In this document: positions 49,115-60,755 of the stretch, one piece after another
How positions within the stretch are numbered: the first letter of the stretch is position 1
Layout of the letters: every line of letters starts with the position of its first letter
Position numbers and translations under genes: made by a program
Assembly: GCA_051047955.1 (NCBI GenBank)
Contig: JBPGPT010000019.1
Coordinates: forward strand, 124,001-188,000
Origin: Cystobasidiomycetes sp. EMM_F5
Lineage: Eukaryota
Direction of reading: 5' to 3'
Length of the DNA: 64,000 nt
Notes under the pieces: model-generated
What the model saw: only the letters and a program-made list of their open reading frames with translations
Told to the model about the DNA's origin: nothing
Databases searched by the model: none

Positions 49115-50843
49115 ATGCAAACGATGCGGACACCACCACCACGAAATAAAGCCTTTGCAAGATTTGCACACGACGTAGCTGCATCACCGTTTGGCGGAGC
49201 TAGAAGGTGAGCTTGCTGTTCACGTTGAAGTGTTTGTTTACTGAAATGGGCGTGCAGCGATGGAGCAACAGCTATGGGATACTTGCAGGATCAGCTCATA
49301 GCGACGGGCTTCCTGTCGCAGCCTCTGGATACCGCTGGACTCAAGCCGGGCGAGCTGGCAAAGCTGCAAAGATGCCTGAACGCCATGCTCGCAAAGGCGG
49401 CCGTACGTCGAAACATTCACAACAAACGAAAGATATGGCTGACGGAGTATTCGTGTCTTACAGGACGACCTATACACACAGACGCATCTCATGGGCAAGT
49501 ATCGCAACCTCGCAAACGAATGCAGCCGTCTGGAGGTGCAGGTTACGCGCGATAAACAATCTGTAGTGGCGAGCGAGAAGGAGCGCGAATCTGCCAAATC
49601 GAAAGCAGATGCGGCCGTAAAGGCCCTAGCTTCCGAGGTAGCGAACCACGGTATTGCGAAAGAGGAAGCCAACAAAGCCAGAATAGCACTGCAGACTGTC
49701 AAAACTGCCGCGACTCAAGAGAACAAGCGCCGGGAGAGCGAGCTGGCTTCAGCTTTAGCTAGATTGAATAAAGCTGCATCATCTGCATCATCATTGTCAT
49801 CCACTCCGGTTATAACGCTGAATCCTCTTCACGACATTGGCCAAAATCGAGCAGACAAACAAAACGTCTCCGCCGAGGTCACCCTCCTCGAGGCAAGCCT
49901 GCGCAAACTGGAGGAAAGGCATTCTCTCCTGCAGGACGAGGCTCTGCAACTGCGAGAAGTGATTGGCGATATCGAGGTCGAAGTGCAATCAACCCTGTCC
50001 GCTATCGGGCATGCTGTACCATCGCTAGCGCAGCAGTTCGACAATGGTATATCGACCTATCCTATGCCACATCTCGTCTTACCGCCAAATGAGCTCACAG
50101 AGCATCTGTCTAGGCTGTTTATCAGACTTCGCGAAGCTGTGGTCACTTCGGTCACCTCGCAGCAAGCTGAAGCTGCCATGCTAGATCAGCAACGCTATGA
50201 TGTTGAAGCTGGAAAGGTACGAGAACTGGAGGAAAGTCTGGCAGCTATGCAAGCGGAGTTAGATGACGCTCGGCTGGATGCGCAAGAGTCGCAAAACCAG
50301 TTGGATGCTGCTCGTAGCGAAGAAGAAGGGAGAATCAGACAAGCTACGCTGGATGCTAAAGAAGAGGAGAAGGTCAAGCTCGTCTTCAAGAAGCAGCGCA
50401 GAGAGCTAGAGGAAGAACGACGGAAATTCACTGAAGCGGCTGTTCGGTTGGGGCAGGAAAGGTTAGCTCTGGACCAGGACAGGATTGCCTTCATGGAGGA
50501 GAGGGCGGCAGCAAAAGCGAAGAGAAAAGAACGAGAAGGCGAAACAAGGCTTCACCCTGTCCCTTCTGCGGATCTAGCGAAGGATGGGCCTGTCAAGAAC
50601 GCTCACAAGGTTGCCAGGGCACCTCCACCTCGTGCCGCAACGAAAACTTCTGCCACCGTCTCTTCCACGACTACCGCTTTGCAAAACATCCTCGCCGCCG
50701 GATCAGACACACCACCGATAGTCGTTGCCCGAAAGACGTCGAAAGCGAAGATGACAGCTGAATCCAGGATCGTCCTCTCGCCTAGTCGCGGGAACGTTGT
50801 GCCGCAGGCGAAGATAAGAGCAGTGCAGACCAAGACAGGGTAA
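49115..50843 (+). CDS. Coiled-coil protein, ADIP/SSX2IP (Msd1-like) family
   Basis: YLQDQLIATGFLSQPLD N-terminal motif, long coiled coils, and ERRKFTEAAVRLGQER motif. Confidence 0.7.
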
Positions 50844-51160
50844 CGATTGTGAAGGTAAACAAGTGGAGACTCGAGGGTGCTTGTTTTTGAAAACACCGCT
50901 CGCCCGTTCACCTCCGCGGGCCCGTCATGTAGCATAGCCAGTACCGTGTACACGTATGCACTCCGCATTGAAATGCGCTGATACCTGTGCACTGCTTTAA
51001 AAGTTTCCGCGGCTATGGGCGGATCGACTTGTCAACGTCATGGCTGTCGAAACAGATTTCCATAGATTTGCAGCAATTTTGCTACAGCAACGTTTCGTCT
51101 TCTGTCCAACACCAGTCTTCACCAGCTTATAGGATACAACACCGCACAACCAATATCAAC

Positions 51161-52704
51161 ATGGCACAGACTTCATTCAAAGGCTACGCGATTCACGACC
51201 CGAAGAAATGGTGGGCAGCGCACGGAAACGGCGAGCGCGATTGATAGCATCTCACTGATACTCGTTTTGACACCCTGCAGGACCGACTTCAAGGTCATCG
51301 ACTTTGAGTCGAAGCGCATGGAAGACTATGATGTCGAAATCAAGATTACCTACTGCGGGTGGGCTGACAGGTGCTGACAGAAGTGGATCGACAGAGTCTG
51401 ATAACCCTCGCCATCTATCCAGTGTCTGCGGATCCGACGTGCACACCATTACGTGAGTCTTGCTCGCAGTGTCTCTGTCGTGAGTGTCACTGACCACTGG
51501 CTGTCGTTGCAGTGGAGGATGGGGAGACATCATTACACCCATGATCACCGGACACGAGATTGTACGTTTCAAGCTCCTATCTCATAATGCGACGCTAACG
51601 CACTTTGCAGGTCGGCAAAGTCACTGCTGTCGGACCCAAGGTCACAGAGTTCAAGGTCGGCGACCGTGCTGGGTGAGCCTTCCTGTCTGCTGTTGGTACA
51701 GAGTACTCTACTTATCAGACATCGTGCATCCAGTGTCGGCGCTCAAGCGTGGTCATGCATGGAGTGCAAACGCTGCAAGAGCGACAACGAAAACTACTGC
51801 AAAAAGCAGGTAGACACGTACAATGCCAAGTATCCGAACGGCGACATTGCACACGGCGGATACTCTACCGGTGTCCGTGCCCATCAACAATTCGTCTTCG
51901 CGCTGCCAGACAAGCTCGAGGACAAGTATGTTGCTCCGATGCTCTGTGGTGGACTTACGTATGTCTTAGTTGGCTCGTGAAGGCAGAGATGACTGCATGC
52001 TGACCTCGATACACAGGGTCTTTTCACCGCTGAAGCGACACGGTTGCGCTCCAGGCAAGAAGGTCGGAATCATCGGCCTAGGGGGTCTTGGTCACTTCGC
52101 CGTCATGTTGTAAGGCTCATGCTCACGTTGACCAGACACCATAGCTGATATTTGTTACGTATGCAGCGCCTCTAAGGGGTTGGGTGCAAATGTAACACTC
52201 TTCACTTCCTCGGAATCCAAGGTCAAGGATGCCTACGAGATGGGCGCCAAGAAAGTGGTCAACTACTCCAAGGAAGGATGGGAGAAGGAGGCAGGCGAAG
52301 ACTTTGACTTGATCCTGTCGACCCGAGACGTCGCCGAGGGATTCCCTCTGGCCGACTTTTTGGGGCTGCTCGACGTTCACGCTCGTTTTATTACTGTCGG
52401 TCTCCCCGACTCGCCTCTCCCGGGTCTGCCAGCCTTTGCGTATGTCGGCAACGGAGCGCTGTTCGGCGCGACTCACGTCGGAAGCAAAAAGGAGGTCAAG
52501 GAGATGCTTGAGCTTGCCGCTGAGAAGGTGAGACAGCAAAGCAGACGCCATGGACTGGACCGCACTGACTACTCGTACTGTCTACAGGGCATTAAGACGT
52601 GGATCGAGGAGCTGTCCATGAAGGATGCCTCGAAGGCCGTCCAAGGTGTAAAGGACAACAAGGTCCGCTACCGTTATGTCCTCAAGCAGGATATTGACCC
52701 ATAA
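51161..52704 (+). CDS. NADP-dependent zinc alcohol dehydrogenase (Adh6/cinnamyl ADH family)
   Basis: YCG|VCGSDVH, GHEI, structural zinc CxxCxxCx7C, APMLCGGLT, IIGLGGLGH and VRYRYVL motifs. Confidence 0.93.
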
Positions 52705-52875
52705 ATTCGGAATTTGAACAAAACAATCATTGCGACCGTATAGAGTAAAAGCACACTGTATCACTCATCAAAAGTAAAGTCAATCAATGTACAGGCAGCC
52801 TGAGAGCTTCTGCCGTAATGTTTACGTGAAAACGGAGGTGTTTACGCGACGTGCGCATTCGACTTTACGCACAAC

Positions 52876-54394
52876 ATGGCCAACAACGCTGTAAGGAGCT
52901 CAGTCTCGTTGGCACAGCGCTTCTCGTTTAAGCCTGTAGACGGCACCAGCGCGTCCAGGTCTCCGAGATCGTTGGCCAAGCGACGTCGTCTTGATGATAC
53001 CGTGACGGGACTGGCAGCCAACGCGGACGGGAGTATTGATGCAGCTGTGGTGTCCAATACCGAGTGCACTTCAGTCGGCAAGGCAGATATCGACGAAGCT
53101 CAGCTGGATGCAGAGGTCGACTGGGATGCGGCCGTAGCTGTATTGACTTCATCAGAGGCAGAACACGCCAACGCCAAACAGGCAAAGAAGAGAAGACTGT
53201 CCGCATCGTCGAATATCGCTACCCCTCCCATTCCTACCGTTCTCCCAGTTCCAGCTTTGTCCAGAAGTGTCGCGACGAGCTCCGCAACGTCTCCAGAGTC
53301 GATAGCATCGAGCAGTATTGCAGACGACAAGAGCGTTGCAGAATCATTCATACAGTCAATACCGAGCGAGAAGGCGGTGGATGGCAAGCCGACGAGGCGT
53401 GAATTGCTACAGCTCGAATGCGATACAATACATCCTTCGTGGCTCAAGTATTTGCAGGAAGAGTAGGTAACGGTACAGCCAACAGAGATGTGTTGCTGAG
53501 CTGTTTTGAACTCGACGTAGATTGCGTCGAGACTACTTTATCAACTTGAAACGCTTCCTATGGTCAGAAGGCGTAACGACCGCCGCTACTTCAAGCAAGA
53601 CAGTCTTCCCTCCTGGTGAGTATTTGCGTAGCATCCGTGGTGCAATGTGAAAATGACCATCAAGTGTTTATCAACCATTGTGGTACGCTAGCCCGCGATA
53701 TCTACTCATGGTCTCACCTCACCCCTCTTTCTGATGTTCGAGTCGTGATACTGGGTCAGGACCCATACCATAATGATGGTCAGGCGCACGGTACGTAATT
53801 CCGTGTACATTCGAGACACGTACTGATGAAGATTCATACAGGTCTGGCCTTCTCTGTTCGGTCGAATGTGAAAATCCCGCCGTCGCTCAAGAACATTTAC
53901 AAGGAGATCAAGAATGACTATCCTTCCTTTGTCGTCCCCAACCATGGGTACGCGTGCTTTGCTGAACCTCTCCAATATCTGTCCTAAGAAAAGGCGTGAC
54001 ATGATGCAGATACCTTGGATCATGGGCTCGTCAAGGAGTACTGATGCTCAACACCTGCTTGACTGTCCGAGCACACCAAGCGAATTCTCACAGCAAGCGA
54101 GGCTGGGAGTCGTTTACTGACGCTGTGCTCAAGGCTATTGACGCGCGTCCTGGCCCGGGAGTGGTCTTTCTGGCATGGGGCACGCCCGCTCTGAACCGCA
54201 TCAAGAGTCTCATCCCAGCAGCGCGTATCAACAACAAGCACTGCGTGTTATCGTCTGTGCACCCGTCGCCCCTCAGTGCCAGCCGTGGCTTCTTTGGCAA
54301 CCACCACTTCAAAAGGGCCAATGAGTGGCTCTGTGAGCAGTACGGCGAGGCTGGAGGGATAGACTGGACGCGTCTTGAGCCGGAGAGAGTGTAA
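52876..54394 (+). CDS. UNG1: Uracil-DNA glycosylase
   Basis: [12 protein letters not shown]...QAH|GLAFSV...[21 protein letters not shown]...ANSH...GWESFT and HPSPLSA motifs. Confidence 0.96.
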
Positions 54395-54904
54395 CTGAGT
54401 CTTCTCTTCGTCGTTGTAAGACTACTCGCAGCTTCCCAGCTCGGCCTTCCGCAATTAGCTGTTTGCCATGAGTCCTTGCCACCACTTTAGGGGGCTGTCA
54501 GGTCGGCGTCGCTGTCGCAGTTCTTGCGTTGTAATCCCCTTTGCCTCTGCTCCATCCTACGGTAATTGCACATCAAGGTGAGCGTTGTTTCATTATATCG
54601 CAGCTGGCTCCGACACGGAATATCCGCTGTCCCTTCCTGCCATACTGTAGCCCGGCCAGCGTCCGCCGACTTCAGACGAAACCCGCACGCCAAAAGATAT
54701 CCGGCTGACGATGATGCTGCTAGACTGATACCCTCGTAGCATCATGGTCTGAGCCCAAAACTGCGAATGTTGCCAAAAGGCCTCTTTGGGTGCTGATGAC
54801 CTTCCGCCGCAACAAGGTCGGGTATATACTCTGAGACAACCCGTCAAGCCAAGCCACGGCCTTCTCAATCCTTTGGTAATACCTCCTCGTAGCCAACATC
54901 AATC

Positions 54905-57900
54905 ATGTTCTCGCCGCGTCTGGCTACGCTTCCGGCAGGCAACGGCAAGCTAGAGTCCAATGACCCCGTCAGTGAACTGTCAGAACAATTGGCACACAGG
55001 GCAAGCGTATCCATGCATTCTCGTCTCGATTCACCAGCGATACCCACCCTGAATCATCCCAGACCTTCAATTTCGCCGAGTATCGCTACAAAGATAGTGC
55101 ATACTGGAAGCCCTCTGCTCGATTTGCCCGTCGGCATGCGAGCTGTTTCCCCGCCAACACCGGCTCCATCGCCTCCTCCGCTTGTTGATGCCGGGCACGA
55201 GGTCTCATTCGCAAACTACGACATCGCTGCGACTCCAGCTTCATCGGCAAATCTACACGACTACAGCTTCGGAGCTGCTCCTTTGTTCGACGGTAGTGCT
55301 GGGGGAAACTACGACGGAGCGTCCTTCGCTGACCGGTTCATCGATTCCGTCTGTGCGCAATTCAGTCTCCTAAGTCCTGCAGATAGAAGAGCATTCTTCA
55401 CAGCCCTAGTCCCGACCCTAGTCGGCGAAGATCTATTGCATGTCTCGCGATTGGTCTCGCCGAGATTGCGAAGAGATTTCCTCGCAGAGTTGCCAGCGGA
55501 GATTGCTCTGCAAGTGTTGTCCTTCATTGATGACCCAAAAGATCTGGTACGAGCTGCAAGAGTCTCGAAGACATGGAGAGGTCTGGTCTCGGACGAACAG
55601 ACGTGGAAATTTATGCTGCAAAAGTACCACATTCGCGGCTGGTCTGCTAGTCAGGGCAACCGCACTCGGCCTCCCATCGAAAGGATAAGGCAGACGCACC
55701 CTCAAGCTTCGTTCGGCGTGCTCACGTCGCCAACGGCGATTACCAATACTAACAGTGTCGTGTACCCGCATCCTGCTTCGCGGATGCACCGTGGTGATCG
55801 CGGCTCTGTCGCGTCGTTTTATGTACCCTCTCACGGTATAGGCATGTACGATGAGCCGCCTCTACTAGCGCCACGCATAGATTGGTCAAATTATCAAGTG
55901 TCTGGTGGCCCAGTGTCAGGTTATCAGCGCCCTATCCACCTCGCCTATACCTCTGGCAATCCGTCCGGCTCTACAGCAGCTCTTGAAGGCCGACAGTCTG
56001 TGCATACTCTCTCGCCCACAGCACGGCCGTTCAGATCAAGGCAGAATGCTACAGAGATGTCTATAAGAAACTTTTCTGCTTCGCCTTTCAAACATCTCGC
56101 CACCGACAATGTAACTCAACCCAGCATTGAGCCTCGACCCGAGGCCAGCCAAGCTGCACGAGCAAGTTCTTCGATTGCTGAACAAATGGACCAGTTGGTG
56201 GAAAGCCGAAGCACGCCTTCAAGTTCGCAGCAAAAGCGCAATAAGGGCAAGGGCAAAGGCAGAATGGCAGCCGAAGAGGGCGTTAGTATCTATCCAACAG
56301 ATGCCAAGGTATTGTCGGCACCAAGGTCGGGTCCAATGGCAATGAGCGTTAGTCCGCGCCGTGAGAGTATAGCACCAAGCGAACTGTCTCCCCAGCCATG
56401 GCAGATCAGTGGACTTGGCTTTGCGGCGCGTCGATCTTCCCATGCACCAAATCTGTCTCGCATACGTACACATCATAGGGCCGCGGCAGCATCGTCTGCC
56501 CAGAGTCAGTCTATGCAGCCAATAGCAGAGCCGAATGTAAATCCTGGGCCAGTTGCAATACAGCCCCCTGCTCCTCTTCTACTACATCATGCAGTAGGTG
56601 CACCATCGACTTCTGGAGAACCGACATCCGCTACTTTCCCTTCCGGCATATATAGCTCGCCAGCGGCTGATGCAACAAACGCGCACCTGGTGCCCGAGCA
56701 CGCTGTATCAGGATCGGGAGCAGCGTCATCTCCGCTAGCGACTGCACATTGGCCAATCCCAAGCAAAATATCCTCATCCAGTGGGTCCTCGTCTCGCCAA
56801 ACATACGCGCTCCGACCTCCGCCCGTACGACTTTCGCATAGAAGCCGAATGAGATCCACCAGCGGTGATATCGACTCGTCGCTAATGCTAGTTCCTGATT
56901 CGCCCGAACATGCAAAAACAGATGTGCGGACCACCGCTGCTAGCCAGGCCCGCTCGGTTGCGACAACCCGAGCTTCCGTCAATCCCTTTGGGACGGCCGT
57001 AACAGTCGTACAACCCTCATCCGAGAATGCACAATTGACAGACCAGTCAAAAGACAGCGACTACCGTCAGAGCGCGCTAGAACAACCTCTGTCCTACAAA
57101 ACGCAGTTCAAAAAGGCGTATCTGACGGAGTCGAATTGGCTACATGGTCCAGGCAGGCTTCTGTCGCGTCAGACGTCTTCCGACGAAAGCGTCATTACCT
57201 GTCTCGGATTTGATTCAGAGTGGATTATCGTGGGTATGGCAAACAACCAGATCCACGCCTTCGATGCAAATACCGGCGAGTATGTCCGACAATTGGCTGG
57301 TCACACGGCCGGAGTTTGGTGCCTGGTCTTGGTCAGTCGTGGAGGGCAGCCTGTGCGTAGTGCGGGTAACAAGGAAAATGCTGCACATTCTGCTACAGCC
57401 GATGAGGGTGCACGCACCGAATCAGACGAAGAAGGTCTTCCCACATCTACCACGCCTGCGGCTCGGTTAAAAAGACTACGATCTGCTTCTGCAAGGCCCG
57501 CACATGTCGACCGCTTTCCAGGCCTTCAGAGTGTACCAAACAGCCTTTCAGCGGCGCCCTGCTCGAGAACCAGCTCTGCACCTGTGGTCGACGAAAAGAC
57601 TGACAATCATCTCAAAGCCCCATCTGCATCATCAGCGCGGCTCAATCGACGTCCATCATCGTTTTGCGGCGTATCCAACGTGCCCGGTTCCGCCTCAATA
57701 AACCACCGACGTCCCGGTACCGAATCTGGTTATCCATTTGGCGATGACGCAAACCTTTCGTTGCAGCAAGCGGCAGCTTGTGGCACCGCGTGTGGATGGG
57801 GTCAAGACGACGCTGTTGCCGTAAGCAGCGGATGCGACCGCGACGTGCGAGTGTGGGATGTTGCTACTGGGTAAGTGAAGTTGACAGAAACGTTGTGACA

Positions 57901-58722
57901 CTCGTTGAAAGACGATCGACAGGCGATGCAAATTTGTGCTGCGTGGGCATATGTCTACTGTGCGTTGCCTGAAGGTGGTCAATGGCCGACCCATAGCAAT
58001 CTCCGGATCACGCGATGCAACAATGCGAGTCTGGGACATCGAAAGGGGAGCGCTGCTTCACCTACTTTCTGGTCATCAGCATAGTGTGCGATGCATCGAA
58101 ATCAGTGGTAACATTATCGTTAGCGGGAGCTACGATTCAACATGCAGGGTGAGCTTCAACCCTGTATTATAGCTTTCAACGTCCTGACATATTGCAGGTG
58201 TGGGACGTGGACACCGGTGAATGCTTGCACCTGCTGCGCGGCCATCAACACCAGATCTATGCCGTTGCTTTCGACGGTGTACGAATAGCCACCGGATCCC
58301 TGGATTCTACAGTGCGGATATGGTCCGCTGCTACAGGCGAAAGTCTCGCCCTCCTGCAAGGGCATACTTCGCTCGTCGGCCAATTGCAACTTACCAACTC
58401 CGTCCTGGTGACTGGAGGCTCTGATGGCCGGGTCATCATCTTTTCGCTTTCTACTTTCGAGTGTCTGCATCGTCTGTGTGCCCACGACAACTCAGTCACA
58501 TGCCTCCAATTCAACGACAGATTTATGGTGACTGGCGGTAACGATGGCAAAGTCAAGCTATGGGATGTGCCCTCTGGCAAGCTGATCCGTGAACTGTCTG
58601 AGCCGTGCGAGGCTGTCTGGCGGGTTACATTCCGTGAGGATAAGTGTGTCCTTCTATGCAGACGGAACGGCAAGACGGTCATAGATGTCAGGACATTTGC
58701 GCCACGCGATGAGGAGCTGTAA
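54905..58722 (+). CDS. F-box/WD40 protein (Cdc4/Fbw7-like)
   Basis: Dimerisation region plus F-box (RDFLAELPAEIALQVLSFI...VSKTWR) and C-terminal WD40 repeats with GHMSTVRCL, SGSRDATMRVWD and GHQHSVRC. Confidence 0.9.
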
Positions 58723-58862
58723 GGTAGCTTCCTGTTATGAAACGAAGGCACATACGTGCACTTATCGGTGTGCAGCATTTGCCGCTGAAGCATAGGCAGG
58801 GGTTGAGGTTGATTATATGCTATACTGAATTTGGACACTGATACTACAGCTGGCATGACAGC

Positions 58863-60302
58863 TTATGCACGTTTTCGAAAAGAGGAGAAGAGCAGGTGGT
58901 ACCCTGCAAATTCGTACAATATCCGATCTGTCCTCACATATCCCTCTGCTATGTGAGGATCAAGGATCGTTCTCGTTTCTGGTGTCCCCGCCGCATCTAC
59001 TCCAGCTGCTGACTCTTCCACGCTGACGAACAATGTCAGGCTGAAATGTCCTGGTCTGAATATACCCAATACCCTGGAAATGAGTGCATGAAGACTCGCA
59101 GAGTCGTACTGATCGTTTTCGTCACCAGTGCCATTCTGTATTCCGTTGGAAGCGTTTGTGCGAAAGTCGATGTTGCATTCGAAAGATGCGTAGGACCAGT
59201 CACTTTCTGGCGTAACGTGGATCGTGGCGTATCGATCCCGTTTGACAATGTTTGCAGAGTATCCGCACGGCGTAAACAGGAAGCTGTCTACAGTAGCGTC
59301 CGGCAACAGTTGATCGATTCCCAATCTTTTTGAGACTATGGATCCAGCAGGATGGCCTTGCTGCTCGTCTACACCGTCTGTGCACTCAACCGTCACAGAA
59401 GGATTGCCATCTTCGCCGACGGGAAAGAAGAATTCTTGGCAGGCTGATTCCTCGAGCTGTGTCATCAAGATTTCCAGCGTCTGATCTGGCGGGGAAGGCG
59501 CTTTTGGCGTAGCATGCAGCGAGTTTGAAAAGGCGGACGTAGACGCTCGAGGCGACCTAGAAGATGTGAGAGATGTGGACAGTAGCCCTTCTATGAGACT
59601 GTCTTCGTCAACAGCTGGGCTGCGAGGCTCATCCTTCGGGCTGGTAAGGTATAGCAGCCAATGATCCCCATTCATCTTTCCTACACAGTACGCGGAGCCG
59701 TTACCTTTACCTGGACAAGAAGACTTCTATCAGCGCATGCAAGGATTGGATTGGGCGCAGGCTGTCCGTACCAAACACGTTGTCTAGAAAGTGCACTTCA
59801 TCATCCCAGTTTTTGTGCGGGCCTATCTGACGCTCAGGGAACATGAAAGCCTTTCGCGAGTAGAAGCATCTCCAGGTGTTGATGAAGCCGCAATATTCCT
59901 TTGCAATTGCCAACAAGCGGTCCAAGCCTAATAGGAGCGTAGTCGTACCGCACGTTTTGAGAATAATTTTGTGCGGCCAAACAAACATGGAAGATTCGCT
60001 GGCAGTAAAGGAAAGTTACGGTCAGCTAAGAGAGCTGTGAACACACGCGTAGCCTAGAATTAAGCCTACCTAAGCAGGTATGCGTCGACCTCGTCGCCCT
60101 GTATGACCGACAAGACTTTGCATCGAACGAGGTCGAGCATGTCCTCCCAGACTCTGCGAGGAACTTGACGAAGACCATTGCCGCGTACGATATTGGACTC
60201 TTCGCTGGGCGCAAACCAGACTTCGAGCAACTTTTCGGGGCCTTCGAATGGGGGATTGTCGGACGTTGTCTCGAGGATACTGACTGAATTGACGGACGCC
60301 AT
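58863..60302 (-). CDS. SPE2: S-adenosylmethionine decarboxylase proenzyme
   Basis: FEGPEKLLEVWF, cleavage site YLLS|ESSMFV spanning an intron, ILKTCGTT, FTPCGYSAN and TIHVTPE...YASFE motifs. Confidence 0.96.
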
Positions 60303-60755
60303 CTTCTTCGAGGACTTGCTTTACGCCGTGCGCTGGCTTGCAAGGCTAGGTCACAGAATGGCTGACCACCGCCTATAACATGTTTGGCGGAAATATTGGT
60401 TTAACTTTGAGCACAAGCCAGACAGGTGGCGACTTTGCGACCATTGCGTCTGTGCAAGGTGCGAGCGAAAAGCACAGCACGCAATGCACATTCACCAGCG
60501 ACATACAACGAATCTGCTGATTTAAGCTGAAGCGCCAATCGAACGCAGCCGCCCCGCAAATGCCACCGAACAGTAGACATTAAAGCCGCACAGGTGGTAG
60601 ACAGTGAGTCTGTAAAGCTAGACATCGTTATCGACTCTGATATCCACCAAATCTCCAAGGGATCGGTGACTCGCCCCTTGCCGTGTAAATAATTGCATGG
60701 TGGCATGTGTCTCTGCCGGTGTCAAGTCTCTTCCCTCGAGCGGACGCGAATCCAT

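Noticed and set aside
58257..58856. Long antisense ORFs opposite real genes (e.g. 199 aa here and 208 aa at 8093-8719)
   Set aside because: Shadow ORFs arising from codon bias of the sense gene; no independent features.
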